Virus record (IMG/VR): IMGVR_UViG_3300020362_000267
Span: 1 to 60,938 of that record
DNA length: 60,938 nt
From: a virus
Lineage: Duplodnaviria; Caudoviricetes
Reading direction: 5' to 3' (one strand)
Positions 10,313 through 19,806 of this stretch are shown one piece after another. Position numbers and translations under genes: made by a program. Below the pieces are notes generated by a model. That model was not told where the DNA came from. It was given only the letters and a program-made list of their open reading frames with translations, and did not search any database. Within the stretch, counting starts at the first letter, position 1, and every line of letters starts with the position of its first letter.

Positions 10313-10536
10313 TATGCAACCTTTATTGTGCCACCATCATTATACAGTGCCCCTGTCTCAAGTCCAGTGGCAGAAGTTGGTAAGTCAGTCAAAGTAATGG
10401 TAGAAGCTCTTATTGGCCCAGGATTACGCTCTTGCTCAATAAAGGTTTGTACTGCCCGAACTAAATCCACCAGGTAACCCTGTTCATATTCTGGGGGCGG
10501 TTCAGGTAATCTTGGAGGGGGTTGAGTACTAGCCAT
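10312..10536 (-). CDS. Small structural protein
   Basis: Coupled stop/start on both sides; C-terminal LPTSATGLETGALYNDGGTIKV resembles tail-associated motifs. Confidence 0.55.
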   Translation of the reverse strand: MASTQPPPRLPEPPPEYEQGYLVDLVRAVQTFIEQERNPGPIRASTITLTDLPTSATGLETGALYNDGGTIKVA

Positions 10537-13500
10537 TATCTCCTGCCATCTTGTTTAACATCTACCCTTGGGCTACCTAGCTTCCATTTAGACCCTAATG
10601 CATCTGATTCTACACGAAGTGCAAAGGAACGTCCACGAACTCTTACATCTAATTGATTTGTGAAAGTTTCAACAGGAACAGAGGCGGTGCGAATCGCCGT
10701 CCCTGCTGAACTTTGTTCAAAATCCGCTCCAGGATAATTACGACCTTTTATGGTAAAAGTTGCCTGCGGAGAAGACGCAGATACAGAACCTTCAAATGTT
10801 AAATCAGGTATAACCCTGTTTACAAAAGAAAATCTTTCTCCGTCAGCGATATCTATACCTGCGGACTCAATAAATGAGTTCATAGCTATGCCGTCATCGT
10901 CATAGCCAAGCTCATGATTGTAAAGATACCCATTTGCTGTAGCCAAGGGAAAGGTCCGTGTGCCGCGATCCAACCACGCTGTCCTGCTAAGTGTGCCAAA
11001 ATACCAAACTTTTTCGCTATAATTGAACGTTACATACTTGTCATTTTCAGTGGCATTTGCAGATGGATAAAACCAAATTACCTCACTAAACTCTGTGTTA
11101 ACTCCCGCCATGACTTTACTTCGTTCTTCAAGGTTGAAATTTAAAAAGACTTTGTCTCTGACAGTGCAAGGAAGGGTTTGAGTACGACCGTCATAAACAT
11201 AAAAAGTATCAATCCCCATCCAGAAAACAAAATCTTCTGTTGCTGCGGCTGCGTTGGGGCTCATAATAGTAATGTTACTTGAAATTTGTTGTAGACCGAA
11301 TACGTTTGGCTCTCCTACAAATCTCATTGACGTAAGCGCAGTGTCTGTCCAGACAAGTATTTCACGTTTTGTTTCAATAGCTTGCATGAAAGTTGACCCT
11401 GCACCTAAAGGTAGAGTTCCTGCCGTATTGTTTACAGTAGGGAAAAAATCTGTGGGCAATTCTCTTGATGAAAATCTTATTAAAAGAGGATCTTGTATAC
11501 CATTACCGTTGATGTCAGAAGCACTTGATCCTATGTCATCTGCACCAAAAGCAATGACATGACGTTGGGTGTCTGAAACTAGAACCTGTTTACATTTGGT
11601 AGGTATGCTTGTTCTCGTTCCCGGTCGCGTATTCAACGGTATCGCACGAGTATTCAAGTTATTTGTTCTGTCCCAATAGTATATTTGGTCATCTCTTGGA
11701 TTTAATATTAAATCTTCAACAAAGTTATCGTGAGACCATAATCTTATTTGATTACGGGTGGTCACCCCGCCAGATGCAGCGTCACCCCACCCTGCAAAGT
11801 CATTTATTGGGTCAGCATTACCTTTTGCTAATCGCACAACAGAACCATCAGCGTGAGTTGCGGCTACAGTCGGGCCAAAAGTATTGACGTTGGAGCTTGT
11901 TAAAGTTCCTGCGTAACCTCTTGTACATCCTGTTAAATCATTTGTGATTGCTGTAACCGTAAAAGTTACGTCATTAAGAGGGGTTGCCCCACCTAACGTG
12001 TTACCAGCTATTGTAATTGTGTCTCCAACTGCGTAACCACTCCCAGCGGTGGTTGCAGTGACTGACGTGTATGTCGTCGTCGTCGCAACAACAGTAAATT
12101 CTGCGCCCGTGCCGCTTCCACTTGTACTTGCTTGAGATTTACCTGTATACGTAGCGGCGGTTCCAGCCGATCCGCCAGAAGTTACAATATTTCCAACTGT
12201 TTGGACACCAGTGCTTGATACGCCGCCCACAAGTATTAGCTCGTTGTCTATTAAGACTACATCCCCGGCAACTATACCAGTTGTATCAGTCAGCGTAAGT
12301 GTAGTGTCAGAAGAGCTAAGAGTTCCACCCTCATTTAAAGTGGTTTGTAAAGCAGCCGAAGTAACCCCGTAATATTGCCCAGCACCCCAACCTGTACCTC
12401 CCACCGTTGTATTTAGACCTACGTTAATCTGATATTCTGCCACAGTATTATTTATAAGACTGTCGACTGTAAATGTTTTTGCTGAACCAGGAACGCCATG
12501 ACCAAAGTTTGCAAAAACAGAATAAACAATTTGATCTCCTACTCTATATCCGCTTCCTCCACTGGTCACAGAATTAAAAACGTATTCGTATAAAAATGAA
12601 TACGTGAAATTTTGTACTCCTCCTATTGACACTATGGTTGTATTAACGCCTACTGTATTTTCTGTAAAATTTGCGACGAAGCTAGTTGTTCCTGCGGGGA
12701 AGGATGTAATAACTGAACTAGAATCATTTGGGTCTATAGCCACGTCAAATGTGTGAGGTTCCACAGAAGTTATGTTCAAAACTAAATCATTTGCTGTCGT
12801 TGCTCCTCCAAGACTTGTTCCTGGAATGGTAATGGTAATTTGTGCCCCGTTTCCAGTAACAGTAGAATAACGAGTTCCGCCGTCTGTAACAGCGTCTACT
12901 GCATATCCCCCAGAACCGTCTGTTGTAATTGTAAATTTCGCTCCACTTCCATTACCACTAGAGACCGTACCCGTGACGTTTGTGAACGTAGCACTGCCTG
13001 TAGAAGTCCCAGAGGCAACACTTACTGTTTTTATGGGATTATCATTCAAAGAAGGATTCATACCATCATTTACAGGGGTAGTAGTTTGAGGTCCAATGCC
13101 ATTGCTAGCTGCTTGTGCTTGTGATGTAATTGTTAATGTTTTAACTCCGCTGGTTGCCCCGTCTAAAATATCTCCGTCAAGTGAAGTCACTGTAATGGTA
13201 AGATTATTAGCTGGTGTAGAGCCGCCAAGAGAAGCACCGGGAATGGTAATAGTGTCATTTACTGCGTAGCCAGTGCCTATGTTCGTCACAGTAACAGACG
13301 TGTAACTTGAGGAACCTGCAACTACTGTAAACTCCGCCCCTGTCCCACTACCACTTGTTGCGCTTTGTGTTTTTCCAGTGTGCGTGGCTGCACCAGCAGA
13401 GGTGCCAGCAAGAGTTGTTTGTCTTACTCCAGTAGTATTAGCTGTCGCAGTCAATGTAATCTGATAATTATCAGCATCAAGCACAGCAGTAATTTGATGT

Positions 13501-13943
13501 TCTGTATTAAGTAAAGCTGCTGTTATATTTGGGCCTAAAGATTCTGCTCCAGAAAAAGTAACAAAATCATTTTGTGCTGCACCGTGTCCAGCATTCGTTA
13601 CTTTAATGATGTTTGAATCGTCAGTGGCTGTAAAAGTCACCTGTCCTGCGGAAGTTGTGGTTCTTACTGGGGTGATATCATTAAAGATTTGTCCCTCTTC
13701 AATATAGTACTTAATATGTGACCCTAATCCTAAAAAGTCAGAGCCATCTAAGGCTATCCAGTTGTGAAGGCCACGAACAGTGCCTAAATAAGTGCTATCA
13801 CTATACTTTGACCACCCTCCCATTTTTTCAGGATAGCCAAACCGAAACCTGATTTTGTCACAATCGCGCCACCCACCTTCATTGGAATAAGAGGTGATAT
13901 CAGTGTTAATACCGGGTTGAAATTGTAATTTTGTCAACGCCAT
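10536..13943 (-). CDS. Tail nozzle/stabilisation-type protein (P22 gp10-like) with inserted beta-rich repeat domains
   Basis: N-terminus MALTKLQFQPGIN...W.DCDKIRFRFGYPEKMGGW, propeller-like C-terminal half ending DGRR, and central Thr/Gly-rich repeats. Confidence 0.6.
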   Translation of the reverse strand: MALTKLQFQPGINTDITSYSNEGGWRDCDKIRFRFGYPEKMGGWSKYSDSTYLGTVRGLHNWIALDGSDFLGLGSHIKYYIEEGQIFNDITPVRTTTSAGQVTFTATDDSNIIKVTNAGHGAAQNDFVTFSGAESLGPNITAALLNTEHQITAVLDADNYQITLTATANTTGVRQTTLAGTSAGAATHTGKTQSATSGSGTGAEFTVVAGSSSYTSVTVTNIGTGYAVNDTITIPGASLGGSTPANNLTITVTSLDGDILDGATSGVKTLTITSQAQAASNGIGPQTTTPVNDGMNPSLNDNPIKTVSVASGTSTGSATFTNVTGTVSSGNGSGAKFTITTDGSGGYAVDAVTDGGTRYSTVTGNGAQITITIPGTSLGGATTANDLVLNITSVEPHTFDVAIDPNDSSSVITSFPAGTTSFVANFTENTVGVNTTIVSIGGVQNFTYSFLYEYVFNSVTSGGSGYRVGDQIVYSVFANFGHGVPGSAKTFTVDSLINNTVAEYQINVGLNTTVGGTGWGAGQYYGVTSAALQTTLNEGGTLSSSDTTLTLTDTTGIVAGDVVLIDNELILVGGVSSTGVQTVGNIVTSGGSAGTAATYTGKSQASTSGSGTGAEFTVVATTTTYTSVTATTAGSGYAVGDTITIAGNTLGGATPLNDVTFTVTAITNDLTGCTRGYAGTLTSSNVNTFGPTVAATHADGSVVRLAKGNADPINDFAGWGDAASGGVTTRNQIRLWSHDNFVEDLILNPRDDQIYYWDRTNNLNTRAIPLNTRPGTRTSIPTKCKQVLVSDTQRHVIAFGADDIGSSASDINGNGIQDPLLIRFSSRELPTDFFPTVNNTAGTLPLGAGSTFMQAIETKREILVWTDTALTSMRFVGEPNVFGLQQISSNITIMSPNAAAATEDFVFWMGIDTFYVYDGRTQTLPCTVRDKVFLNFNLEERSKVMAGVNTEFSEVIWFYPSANATENDKYVTFNYSEKVWYFGTLSRTAWLDRGTRTFPLATANGYLYNHELGYDDDGIAMNSFIESAGIDIADGERFSFVNRVIPDLTFEGSVSASSPQATFTIKGRNYPGADFEQSSAGTAIRTASVPVETFTNQLDVRVRGRSFALRVESDALGSKWKLGSPRVDVKQDGRR

Positions 13944-13945
13944 GT

Positions 13946-14971
13946 TTATAATCCTGTCACTGTACCGTTTGAAGCACCACCTGTTAAAACACTCAGTATA
14001 CTGCCTCTAACACTATTACTTGGAGACAAACTAACAGACACCCAAAAAGATTGCGCGTAAGTCATAGTGCTGCCCAAAGTCATAGTGGTGTTGCTTTTGT
14101 TATTTGACGCAAACCAAAATTCACGATTACCATTTATTACTTTAGAACCAAATGCTAAATCTCTGGCGTCTCTTCCGTAATAATTATAAACGGTTTGCGT
14201 AACATACTCATTAGTATCGGTGGTATCTAATGCGCCAGAACTTAAAAGAGGAAAAATGGAAGATATATTAGTGGAACCTGCTCCTGTATTATTGTAGTCT
14301 AATTCGTTATATGTCCAACTTACTATAAATTGGTTGCCAGAACGAGTAAGTTTACAGAAGAAATTCCCACTATAATCTGAGTGTCGTATATCAGGCGCAG
14401 ACGCACCACCTTGTCCCCCAATAAATCCAATTTTTGCAGACCCATCACCAGAAAAAGTAGAATTAAAACCTTCGCTATTAGTTCCAGTAACAGATCCATT
14501 GTTTGTAACTGCAACAGTTTCTAAACTTAAATTATTGATTGCATACGCACCAGTACCAGTAATTGTTCCATTGTTAATGATTGTAAGTGTTCCAACCGCA
14601 CCAGACGGGTACTTGATAGCGTCAGTACCAACATCCCCTGATACTGTAACATTTGAATCAACGACAATTATTTTAGGATAGTTTACAGTATAATCATCAC
14701 CAAAAATCGTTGCTACGTTTTGATTAGTAGCATCAGAAGTGAAGGTCTGCTTAAAACCTTTTTCTTGAGAATAAAAGTCACCTAAAGAAACTGTTCCACT
14801 TGTAGGCACATTAGCAGATAAATTTACACCGTTATTGTTTGACGCTTTTGCACGAACTAATGACCCACCTCTACGATAATCCGCAAACGAAATAGCTGTG
14901 TTGCTGCCTGTGTTGTATTCGGTTCTTAGGTCAGCAAAACTTATAGCGTTTCCAGATGCTGGTAGAGCCAT
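13946..14971 (-). CDS. Tail fibre/receptor-binding protein
   Basis: N-terminal MALPASGNAISF...VPTSGTVSLGDFY adhesin-like motif; Asn/Gly/Thr-rich. Confidence 0.6.
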   Translation of the reverse strand: MALPASGNAISFADLRTEYNTGSNTAISFADYRRGGSLVRAKASNNNGVNLSANVPTSGTVSLGDFYSQEKGFKQTFTSDATNQNVATIFGDDYTVNYPKIIVVDSNVTVSGDVGTDAIKYPSGAVGTLTIINNGTITGTGAYAINNLSLETVAVTNNGSVTGTNSEGFNSTFSGDGSAKIGFIGGQGGASAPDIRHSDYSGNFFCKLTRSGNQFIVSWTYNELDYNNTGAGSTNISSIFPLLSSGALDTTDTNEYVTQTVYNYYGRDARDLAFGSKVINGNREFWFASNNKSNTTMTLGSTMTYAQSFWVSVSLSPSNSVRGSILSVLTGGASNGTVTGL

Positions 14972-15630
14972 TATGGTGATCCAAAAGCTGTAACATTGTC
15001 AGAAGCGACTACGGCTCCTGTGCTGGATAATTTAAATACTGTTGTGCTATTATATTTGAACAACAAATCATTATCCCCTGTATCCAGTACAATTTCCCAC
15101 TTACTTGTACCAAATTTTATGGACTGATTACCCATCAGAATATCGTTGCTATTTGCGTCTAAATCACCGCCAAGTTGAGGGGAGGTGTCATTTACTAAAT
15201 CTGTTGGTGCAGCCAAAACACTTGTAAAATCTGCCACTGCTGCACCAGTTCCTTTACCATCAGCGTAAATAATCGCAGATTCACCGTTGTTGACAGTTGC
15301 GTTTGCGCCACCGCCTTGTGAAAAAATAGCGTTCTGACCAGAGTTATTTTGTACAAAAAACAATTTTTGTTGGTCATTAGGGCTGATGGTAATGGTATTT
15401 GCACCGGATGGCGTACCGCCCAAAATTAACACTTTATAGTGTCCCTCAGAAAGCTGACCGTCTGTGGTGGTTAGGGTATGAGTTGTTCCCGACAATGTTA
15501 TTTCACCAACGCCGCCAGTAATACGGTCAAGAATGTCGAAATTCCGATTAACAGTCGAACCCCAAGCACCTGCCTGTTCACCAGAACCAGGTTGCTCTAT
15601 GCCAGAATTGGAAGTATAGGTACTTGCCAT
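14971..15630 (-). CDS. Tail fibre-like structural protein
   Basis: MASTYTSNSGIE...GAWGSTVNRNF N-terminus and the DTSPQLGGDLDAN fibre motif. Confidence 0.6.
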   Translation of the reverse strand: MASTYTSNSGIEQPGSGEQAGAWGSTVNRNFDILDRITGGVGEITLSGTTHTLTTTDGQLSEGHYKVLILGGTPSGANTITISPNDQQKLFFVQNNSGQNAIFSQGGGANATVNNGESAIIYADGKGTGAAVADFTSVLAAPTDLVNDTSPQLGGDLDANSNDILMGNQSIKFGTSKWEIVLDTGDNDLLFKYNSTTVFKLSSTGAVVASDNVTAFGSP

Positions 15631-16365
15631 TTATACCACCTTGTTTGTCCATGTTTCAGACGACGTTCCTGCGTTTATTTGAGTCCAGGTATCGCCAGTG
15701 TGTGTGACTTGTGTCCAGTTTTCTGATGTTGCACCCGCATCAATTTGCTCCCACAGTATATCACCATTTGCTGTTATCACAAATACACTGTTAATTTCTA
15801 TCGGCCCTTCGCCTGCGCCAGGGTAGATTATTAAAAGACCACCCAGAGATGATAAGTCAAATTGTGAGTCCATATCAACTGTAGCAAGAGTCAACAATCC
15901 TCCTAATGGGTCTATCTCAAACTCAAAATCTTGTGTGCTTATAAGATCTAACAACACATTAGATGCTGTGGTCTGTGTGAAGTTTGCATCTAACTGAGCG
16001 ACACCTACAGCTATCAGGGTTTGTGTGGTGGTCTGTGTGAAGTTTGCGTCTATTGCCGCAACTCCAGAGGCGATAAAGTTAGCAACAGTAGTTTGGTCAA
16101 ACTGAGCGTCTAGTGAAGCAGAAGTTATAGCAAAACGCACACCATCTGTGGTTTGAGTGAAGTTTGAAGAAATATCAATTTCAGCGACAAGTATCCCTGA
16201 CGCTGCTGTAAGCTTGGAGAAAAAAGCATCAACAGTCATGCTCCCAAGAAAAATGCCAGACAGGTTTGTAGACTGTGTAAAATTTGCGTCAAGCGTTTGG
16301 CTTCCAAAAAGCACAACGCCGTCCGTAGCAATACTGTTTTCAGATATTGCCTGAGAACCAAACAT
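15631..16365 (-). CDS. Structural protein with 20-aa tandem repeats
   Basis: About 8 copies of a xDANFTQTT-type unit spaced 20 aa apart. Confidence 0.55.
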   Translation of the reverse strand: MFGSQAISENSIATDGVVLFGSQTLDANFTQSTNLSGIFLGSMTVDAFFSKLTAASGILVAEIDISSNFTQTTDGVRFAITSASLDAQFDQTTVANFIASGVAAIDANFTQTTTQTLIAVGVAQLDANFTQTTASNVLLDLISTQDFEFEIDPLGGLLTLATVDMDSQFDLSSLGGLLIIYPGAGEGPIEINSVFVITANGDILWEQIDAGATSENWTQVTHTGDTWTQINAGTSSETWTNKVV

Positions 16366-16916
16366 TATCCAGCTATTTCCATGACTGTAATTGACGACAC
16401 ACCTCTTGACCCATAGTCGGCATCAGCGTCATTCTTTGTCCTATTTAAATAAAATGTTCCGTTATAAGTAGAACCTAAAGTGCCTTGCATCTTGTAAGTC
16501 GTAGCTGATGTTGTCGCAGGAGAATCTAAAAACATTCCACTAAGTTCTCCCATTTCAAAATTATATGGATCTGCCTGTGATCGGAGCACACTAGTTGACC
16601 CAAACCTATTTCCAGAACTATCCCCCACCGAAATTGCAGTACTACCCCTTACTAGTCGAATATGTGCTGTTGCAGTAGTACTTTGCGAAATATTACAAGA
16701 AAATATAACAAGTATTTTATTGCTTGATGAAGTTGGTGTAATGCTTACAGACATACCGCTTATGTCAACAAAAGTGTTTGTATTTGATGAAGTAAAGCTA
16801 GCTACGTCAGTTTTAGTCGTACTAACTACCTGAAGAACAGAACCAGCAGGCTGTTTAGAAGACGGAACTGTAGTGCTTGTGCCTAACAGATTAGCAAGAT
16901 TACGGGCATTACTCAT
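16365..16916 (-). CDS. Tail fibre tip-like beta-sandwich protein (paralog family A)
   Basis: VLQVVS...ITPTSSSNKIL...DSPATTSATTYK...SSITVMEIAG, shared with 17813-18358 and 21819-22313. Confidence 0.6.
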   Translation of the reverse strand: MSNARNLANLLGTSTTVPSSKQPAGSVLQVVSTTKTDVASFTSSNTNTFVDISGMSVSITPTSSSNKILVIFSCNISQSTTATAHIRLVRGSTAISVGDSSGNRFGSTSVLRSQADPYNFEMGELSGMFLDSPATTSATTYKMQGTLGSTYNGTFYLNRTKNDADADYGSRGVSSITVMEIAG

Positions 16917-16919
16917 AGC

Positions 16920-17318
16920 TTACTCCGGCTTATCAGGCCACACCACATCGTCAAGTGATGAGAATGTTTTAGTTATATCTCGCAGTGCTTGACGATAGGC
17001 TGTGCGTTCTGCGGACATAGTAAGGTCAGACGATGCCCACCAATCTGTTTCAGCGATACGGCGATTACGCTCTTCGCGCAATAGCTTTAATGGTTCAGCA
17101 TTATTTAAGTTCGTTAGCTCTCTGTCTACTAAAGCCCAAGTAATACCGTTATCTTGCCAAACTTTAGGGTCAGTTTCTAAAATTGCTGACCCGCTTTCGT
17201 CAACACCAATTACAAGGCGAAAGCATTTATCAAAAGATTGTGCGCTCGTAGGCTCACCGTACAGTACGAACTGGCAGTTTGGGTCTAATGCTAAAATTGC
17301 TTCTGATACTGATGCCAT
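16920..17318 (-). CDS. Tail fibre assembly chaperone
   Basis: LREERNRRIAETDWW...YRQALRDIT...WPDKPE motif. Confidence 0.8.
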   Translation of the reverse strand: MASVSEAILALDPNCQFVLYGEPTSAQSFDKCFRLVIGVDESGSAILETDPKVWQDNGITWALVDRELTNLNNAEPLKLLREERNRRIAETDWWASSDLTMSAERTAYRQALRDITKTFSSLDDVVWPDKPE

Positions 17319-17321
17319 AAT

Positions 17322-17816
17322 TTACCCTATAAACGTATATGTTGCCCAGTTATAGGGAACATCTGTAGTTTGATAATAACTAATATTATTGTTTTGCTGT
17401 AAATATAGTTTATCATTTGCAGAACATTTTATGGTCATACTACCTTGAACTGACCTATTTTGAGTATAAACCCTACCAAGAGCAGTTGCAGAGCCGCCCG
17501 TCTCTCTATAAAAAAGCCAAGCCTGCACTTGATCAACACTTTGCGATAAGGTTGAAAGTTCTACTCTATAAAGTCCAGCTACTGGACAAGTAAATTTATA
17601 TGTAGAGGTGTCATAATGATTACCGTCATTAACAAAAGCGTAAGAAAAATCAACTATCGTATTAGCTGTTTTTGCTACATAACTATCAGTTCCAGGGAAA
17701 CCCACAAAAGCAAAAGGAATAACAGGTCTTGAAACCCTACCACTGCTGTCAATCGTTAGTGCAGTGTTTGAGTTTGTTGGGTCTTGGATTTCAGTGACTT
17801 TTAATATGCTAGTCAT
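17322..17816 (-). CDS. C1q-like domain tail protein (paralog family B)
   Basis: NDGNHYDTSTYKFTCPVAGLY motif typical of C1q-like domains. Confidence 0.65.
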   Translation of the reverse strand: MTSILKVTEIQDPTNSNTALTIDSSGRVSRPVIPFAFVGFPGTDSYVAKTANTIVDFSYAFVNDGNHYDTSTYKFTCPVAGLYRVELSTLSQSVDQVQAWLFYRETGGSATALGRVYTQNRSVQGSMTIKCSANDKLYLQQNNNISYYQTTDVPYNWATYTFIG

Positions 17817-18358
17817 CCGCCAATCTCCATAACAGTAAGTGTTGATACACCATTAGCATCATAGCCGCCTGAATAATCTAAATTTCTATGGCTTCTATTA
17901 ATATAAGCTACTTGAGAACCAGAATCTGACCTTTTAGCAAATTGAACTTTATAAGTAACAGCAGATGTAGTATTAGGTGAATCAAGATGTTGCGCTGGAA
18001 GATGCAAAATTATATAAGCACTCCCGCCAACAACACTAGATGCATAACTAAAATGAGACGTACTTCTATTGCTACCTGTGTCGTCAGGGGTTAGTAAAGC
18101 TACTCCATTTCTTACCAATCTAAGATAAACAAAATATTGGTCAGTACCTACAGCAATATTACAAGATACATAAAATTTAGAACTAGATGATTTTGGTGTC
18201 ATAGTTATGCTTAAATCTGTAACATCTGTAAATGAACTACTGGTTGAAGATTGAGTACCACTAAACTTTACAGACTGAACATTGATAACATGACCCGGAA
18301 TCTCTACCCCGTTGTTTGTGGTCTTCTCATTTATTGTATCTACGAATAATGTTGACAT
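17813..18358 (-). CDS. Tail fibre tip-like protein (paralog family A)
   Basis: TPKSSSSKF...DSPNTTSAVTYKVQ...YINR...STLTVMEIGG. Confidence 0.6.
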   Translation of the reverse strand: MSTLFVDTINEKTTNNGVEIPGHVINVQSVKFSGTQSSTSSSFTDVTDLSITMTPKSSSSKFYVSCNIAVGTDQYFVYLRLVRNGVALLTPDDTGSNRSTSHFSYASSVVGGSAYIILHLPAQHLDSPNTTSAVTYKVQFAKRSDSGSQVAYINRSHRNLDYSGGYDANGVSTLTVMEIGG

Positions 18359-18366
18359 TGTTTTCT

Positions 18367-18897
18367 CTAAGTTGCGTGAACAAGATGCCCCCAGAAATAT
18401 GACTTTCTAGTGGTGGGGTCGTGAATAGTTGCGCCTTCATCAGATTGCATATATGCCTCAACATAATCGCTAGAACCGTTTAGCTGAATCATTCCAGTAG
18501 GAAGTGGATATTCGCCATTAGAAAAAGTATCTGAACCAGCTTGAATTTGTAATGGTAAAGCTATTCCATCATTTGTGCCGCCGTTTTTTGATATGTTAAA
18601 AGCAACAAAAGCTACAGTGCTAGGAAATTGAACTCTTATTGTACCACCAAATAAATACCAACCAGCAACTTGTGGCGTATATCTATGATTTGTAGTGTCC
18701 CAATAACTTCCAGTATCTAATGTAACTGTTTCCCAAGTTATTTTTGCAAAAGCACTTGCTGTATAACTTTGGTCTGTGTCGGTAGCTTCAACTTGAAAGG
18801 CTACAGCTTTAGGTATAACAAGACCACTGCTATTAATTGTTATAGCACTTGTGCCTGACGCATTTTTTATCTGGTCTACATTTAATATAGAAGCCAT
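18367..18897 (-). CDS. C1q-like domain tail protein (paralog family B)
   Basis: DTGSYWDTTNHRYTPQVAGWYLF and LNGSSDYVE. Confidence 0.65.
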   Translation of the reverse strand: MASILNVDQIKNASGTSAITINSSGLVIPKAVAFQVEATDTDQSYTASAFAKITWETVTLDTGSYWDTTNHRYTPQVAGWYLFGGTIRVQFPSTVAFVAFNISKNGGTNDGIALPLQIQAGSDTFSNGEYPLPTGMIQLNGSSDYVEAYMQSDEGATIHDPTTRKSYFWGHLVHAT

Positions 18898-18904
18898 CTG
18901 TGCC

Positions 18905-19633
18905 TCACAGTATTGTCAGATTACCATTAACGGTAATTGTAGTTGATGAACTTATGGTCAGCGGACCAATCGCTAATGCGTTTTTGGTTGATGCTATTGT
19001 AGTATTTTCACTCACACTTTGTCCATTGGTGCGAAATACAGCGGTGTCAACCGTGGTGTTAGTTGTTTGAAATTGTGTGGCTGTAATCTCACCCGCAAAT
19101 GTACCACCACTAGACTTGCTAACTGTATCAGTAACTGTAAAAGCACGGAAGGCGCGGATGACCAACTCATCGTTAACAGTCGCACCAGATGCTAGTGTAA
19201 TTGTATCTCCGTTACTGGCGGTAAAGTCTGAACTGTCAAGATGTACACCGTTTAGATATACGTCTACATCGTTACCAGAAAAAGCCAGTATCGCACCGTT
19301 AGCATCTGCGCCTGTAAACGCGGTTTGATTTGCTGTTGCTGTGTACTTAAACAACTGCATTGCAAAGCTGGTGGGCTGGTCTACGGCACGACCAAAAAAG
19401 CGCACGGTAATTACATCGCCATTAGCTGGTGCGGCAGAGAAGGTTAATGTTGTTCCTTGCGCGGTATATGCTTTGCCTATTCCCGGCTCTTGCACTACGT
19501 TACCGATTGTTACAATTAATGCCTCGCCACTAACAACGCTTTGCGCTAACGTAAACGCTGTGTCATTTCCGTTGCCAGTAAACCTTTGAAAGGTTATATC
19601 GCCTACATTTGGATCAATGCCTATATATGCCAT
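18905..19633 (-). CDS. Tail fibre base/adaptor protein (paralog family C)
   Basis: MAYIG...FTGNGNDTAFTL...NVVQEPGIGKAYTAQGTTLTF, near-identical to the N-terminus of 20905-21819. Confidence 0.6.
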   Translation of the reverse strand: MAYIGIDPNVGDITFQRFTGNGNDTAFTLAQSVVSGEALIVTIGNVVQEPGIGKAYTAQGTTLTFSAAPANGDVITVRFFGRAVDQPTSFAMQLFKYTATANQTAFTGADANGAILAFSGNDVDVYLNGVHLDSSDFTASNGDTITLASGATVNDELVIRAFRAFTVTDTVSKSSGGTFAGEITATQFQTTNTTVDTAVFRTNGQSVSENTTIASTKNALAIGPLTISSSTTITVNGNLTIL

Positions 19634-19806
19634 TAATCAGCGTCCTGTATTGTATTGCCATCTTCTTTTGCCCACTCAAGAATGTATGAATAATCTGTGT
19701 TATCTGGGTCAAGAGGCACGAAAATCTTTTCACCCTTGCTATTTGTTACAACGACGCAAACATTTTCACCTTCATTTGCACCATATTTCGCTGATTGAAT
19801 ATCCAT
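19633..19806 (-). CDS. 57-aa tail-associated protein (possible fibre assembly factor); missed by the ORF track
   Basis: MDIQSAKY...FVPLDPDNTDYSYILEWAKEDGNTIQDAD. It fills the gap exactly, with coupled stop/start on both sides. Confidence 0.7.
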   Translation of the reverse strand: MDIQSAKYGANEGENVCVVVTNSKGEKIFVPLDPDNTDYSYILEWAKEDGNTIQDAD

